A stretch of 45,439 nt of DNA from a virus (taxonomy: Duplodnaviria; Heunggongvirae; Uroviricota; Caudoviricetes). The translations under genes were made by a program, and so were the position numbers. Positions within the stretch are counted from its first letter, which is position 1. The number at the start of each line of letters is the position of its first letter. Below, piece by piece: positions 43,178 through 45,439 of this stretch. The DNA is taken from the IMG/VR virus record IMGVR_UViG_2872678658_000002. One strand, given 5' to 3'. A model generated the notes under the pieces. It made no database searches. It had not been told where the DNA came from and saw only the letters and a list, made by a program, of their open reading frames with translations.

Positions 43178-43381
43178 ATGAGCAGCTTATTTTTAACCGA
43201 AGATGAATTGCTAATATTAACGGGCTGCAAATATGCAAGCCACCAGCGAAAATGGTTAATGGAAAACGGGCTTCCGTTCTATACCAATCGTAGTGGCAAA
43301 CCGATTGTCAGCCGGGATCTATTTACCTGCAATAAAACTTTACCACCACGCGAGGTAGAGCCGAATTTTGGTGCGATCTGA
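43178..43381 (+). CDS. xis: putative excisionase
   Basis: 67-aa ORF whose stop overlaps the integrase start (TGATG). Confidence 0.5.
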   Translation: MSSLFLTEDELLILTGCKYASHQRKWLMENGLPFYTNRSGKPIVSRDLFTCNKTLPPREVEPNFGAI

Positions 43382-44406
43382 TGGGAAGACGAAGGAAAAA
43401 TCCTGAACACGAAAAATTACCTCCAAATGTATACCCAAATAAATATAGTTATGTATGGAAACCAACATCCAGAGAATCTGTAACACTAACCGCCATCAAG
43501 GATGGTTTAGCTGCTTTATGGAAAAAGTATGAGGAAACTGTAAATAATCGCGATCGTGCAATGACATTCGGTCGCTTGTGGGAAAAATTCCTCGCCAGCG
43601 CCTATTACAGTGACCTCAGTCCAAGAACACAAAAAGATTATCTGCAACATCAAAAAAAGTTGCTTGCCGTATTCGGTAAGGTGCCGGCAGATTCCATAAA
43701 ACCAGAACACATCCGTCGATACATGGACAAGAGAGGGGAACAGAGTAAAACGCAAGCCAACCATGAAAAAAGCAGTATGTCCCGCGTTTACAGTTGGGGG
43801 TATGAGCGAGGGTACGTGAAAGCTAACCCATGTGCAGGTGTAAGTAAATTCAAGGCCAAAAACCGCGAACGATATGTAACCGACAAAGAATACCAGGCAG
43901 TATTAAGCGTTGCACCTCTTCCTGTTTTTATCGCAATGGAAATTGCCTATCTGTGTGCAGCGAGGGTTTCCGATGTGTTATCGCTGAAATGGGAGCAGAT
44001 TGGAAACGACGGGATCTTTATCCAGCAAGGGAAAACAGGAAAAAAACAGATAAAAGCATGGAGTCCACGATTACAGGCGGCGATCGAAAAAGCAAAACAG
44101 TTACCAACATCCGCCTATGTAATCAGCAATCAATACGGCAACCGATATATGTACAAAGGCTTTAACGAAATGTGGGTAGATGCAAGAAATCGTGCTGGAA
44201 AAATTTCAGGTATTTTAACCGACTTCACCTTTCATGATCTGAAGGCGAAAGGAATTTCAGACTATGAAGGAAGCAGCCGGGATAAGCAACTTTTCTCTGG
44301 TCACAAAACCGAAGGGCAAGTGCTAATCTATGACAGGAAGGTTAAAGTTTCACCAACACTTGATGTCCCGTTACCTGAAAATATTCCAAGAAAATATTCC
44401 AAGTAA
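43381..44406 (+). CDS. int: tyrosine integrase
   Basis: 341 aa; C-terminal catalytic region (R...HDLK...VLIYDRK with Tyr); adjacent to tRNA 3-prime end. Confidence 0.85.
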   Translation: MGRRRKNPEHEKLPPNVYPNKYSYVWKPTSRESVTLTAIKDGLAALWKKYEETVNNRDRAMTFGRLWEKFLASAYYSDLSPRTQKDYLQHQKKLLAVFGKVPADSIKPEHIRRYMDKRGEQSKTQANHEKSSMSRVYSWGYERGYVKANPCAGVSKFKAKNRERYVTDKEYQAVLSVAPLPVFIAMEIAYLCAARVSDVLSLKWEQIGNDGIFIQQGKTGKKQIKAWSPRLQAAIEKAKQLPTSAYVISNQYGNRYMYKGFNEMWVDARNRAGKISGILTDFTFHDLKAKGISDYEGSSRDKQLFSGHKTEGQVLIYDRKVKVSPTLDVPLPENIPRKYSK

Positions 44407-44458
44407 TTCCAAGTGTGATTTTTGTCACTGACTTAATGATGTGTAAGTGATTGAATTT

Positions 44459-44548
44459 TGGCGGAGAGAGGGGGATTTGAACCCCCGGTGGAGTTGCCCC
44501 CACTCCGGTTTTCGAGACCGGTCCGTTCAGCCGCTCCGGCATCTCTCC
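44459..44548 (-). tRNA. serU: tRNA-Ser (anticodon CGA), integration target
   Basis: 90-nt cloverleaf with long variable arm, anticodon loop CUCGAAA; 3-prime end faces integrase. Confidence 0.85.
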
Positions 44549-44641
44549 GTTCAGATGGTTGCCATGATGCCAGGAAATTTGGCATTTTAACAGTCCCTGT
44601 CCGTGCAATTTTGTTCAAGTGACGAGTTTGCGAGCAAAACG

Positions 44642-45439
44642 ATGATTAAGTGGCCCTGGAAAGTACAAGAATCAGCACATCAAACTGCCCTTCCCTGGCA
44701 GGAAGCACTATCGATCCCCCTTTTAACGTGTCTGACGGAACAGGAACAAAGCAAATTAGTCACTCTTGCCGAACGTTTTTTACAGCAAAAACGGCTTGTT
44801 CCTTTACAGGGCTTTGAGCTGAATTCATTAAGAAGCTGCCGGATAGCACTTCTATTTTGCCTGCCCGTTCTGGAGTTAGGACTGGAATGGCTGGATGGTT
44901 TTCATGAAGTCTTAATTTATCCTGCGCCATTTGTGGTCGATGATGAATGGGAAGACGATATCGGTCTGGTGCATAACCAACGTATTGTTCAGTCAGGTCA
45001 GAGCTGGCAGCAAGGGCCTATCGTTTTGAACTGGTTGGATATACAAGATTCTTTTGATGCTTCTGGTTTTAACCTGATTATTCATGAAGTCGCTCATAAG
45101 CTGGACACCCGTAACGGCGATCGCGCCAGCGGAGTTCCCTTTATTCCGTTGCGTGAGGTTGCTGGCTGGGAACACGATCTTCATGCTGCAATGAACAACA
45201 TTCAGGAAGAAATCGAGTTGGTTGGCGAGAATGCGGCGAGCATCGATGCTTATGCTGCCAGTGATCCTGCTGAATGTTTTGCCGTACTTTCTGAATATTT
45301 CTTTAGCGCCCCAGAACTTTTTGCTCCTCGTTTCCCTTCATTGTGGCAACGTTTCTGCCAATTTTATCAACAAGATCCTTTGCAGAGACTGCATCACGCT
45401 AATGATACAGACTCGTTTTCGGCGACGAATGTTCATTAA
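44642..45439 (+). CDS. mtfA: Mlc titration factor MtfA (host gene)
   Basis: 265 aa from [23 protein letters not shown]..., matches remembered MtfA/YeeI incl. zinc-peptidase-like HEVAH motif. Confidence 0.85.
   Translation: MIKWPWKVQESAHQTALPWQEALSIPLLTCLTEQEQSKLVTLAERFLQQKRLVPLQGFELNSLRSCRIALLFCLPVLELGLEWLDGFHEVLIYPAPFVVDDEWEDDIGLVHNQRIVQSGQSWQQGPIVLNWLDIQDSFDASGFNLIIHEVAHKLDTRNGDRASGVPFIPLREVAGWEHDLHAAMNNIQEEIELVGENAASIDAYAASDPAECFAVLSEYFFSAPELFAPRFPSLWQRFCQFYQQDPLQRLHHANDTDSFSATNVH

Overview
This window is a reverse-complemented, essentially complete lambdoid prophage (a lambda/Qin/phage-21 mosaic) integrated beside a tRNA-Ser(CGA) gene and host mtfA; assignments rest on reading the translated ORFs against remembered family sequences, with no searches run. 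Reading the + strand from high to low coordinates: int-xis and an 823-aa exonuclease; a dicB/dicF-containing early-left operon; a CI-like repressor divergent from a Cro-like/YdaT-like/O-like operon with iterons inside the O-like gene; a nin-like region (QueH-like DUF208, hok, lipoprotein, DUF968, rusA, Q-like); a four-tRNA cluster; an IS66-family insertion with an 8-bp target duplication; a phage-21-type lysis cassette (pinholin, SAR-type lysozyme, Rz/Rz1); cos; and a near-complete lambda-like head and tail module (Nu1 through J, lom, stf). Cargo genes (small acidic protein, membrane protein, alpha/beta hydrolase) sit at the left end, and the left att boundary is not in the window. No single cassette could be pinned down as a new system; the most notable observations are the IS66 insertion in a terminator U-tract that probably uncouples late genes from Q, the tRNA-centred cargo (tRNA cluster plus QueH homolog), and several unassigned small-gene modules (RHH+DUF1398, KilA-N pair, antisense-overlapping ORF pair, opposite-strand ORF in the lysis cassette).
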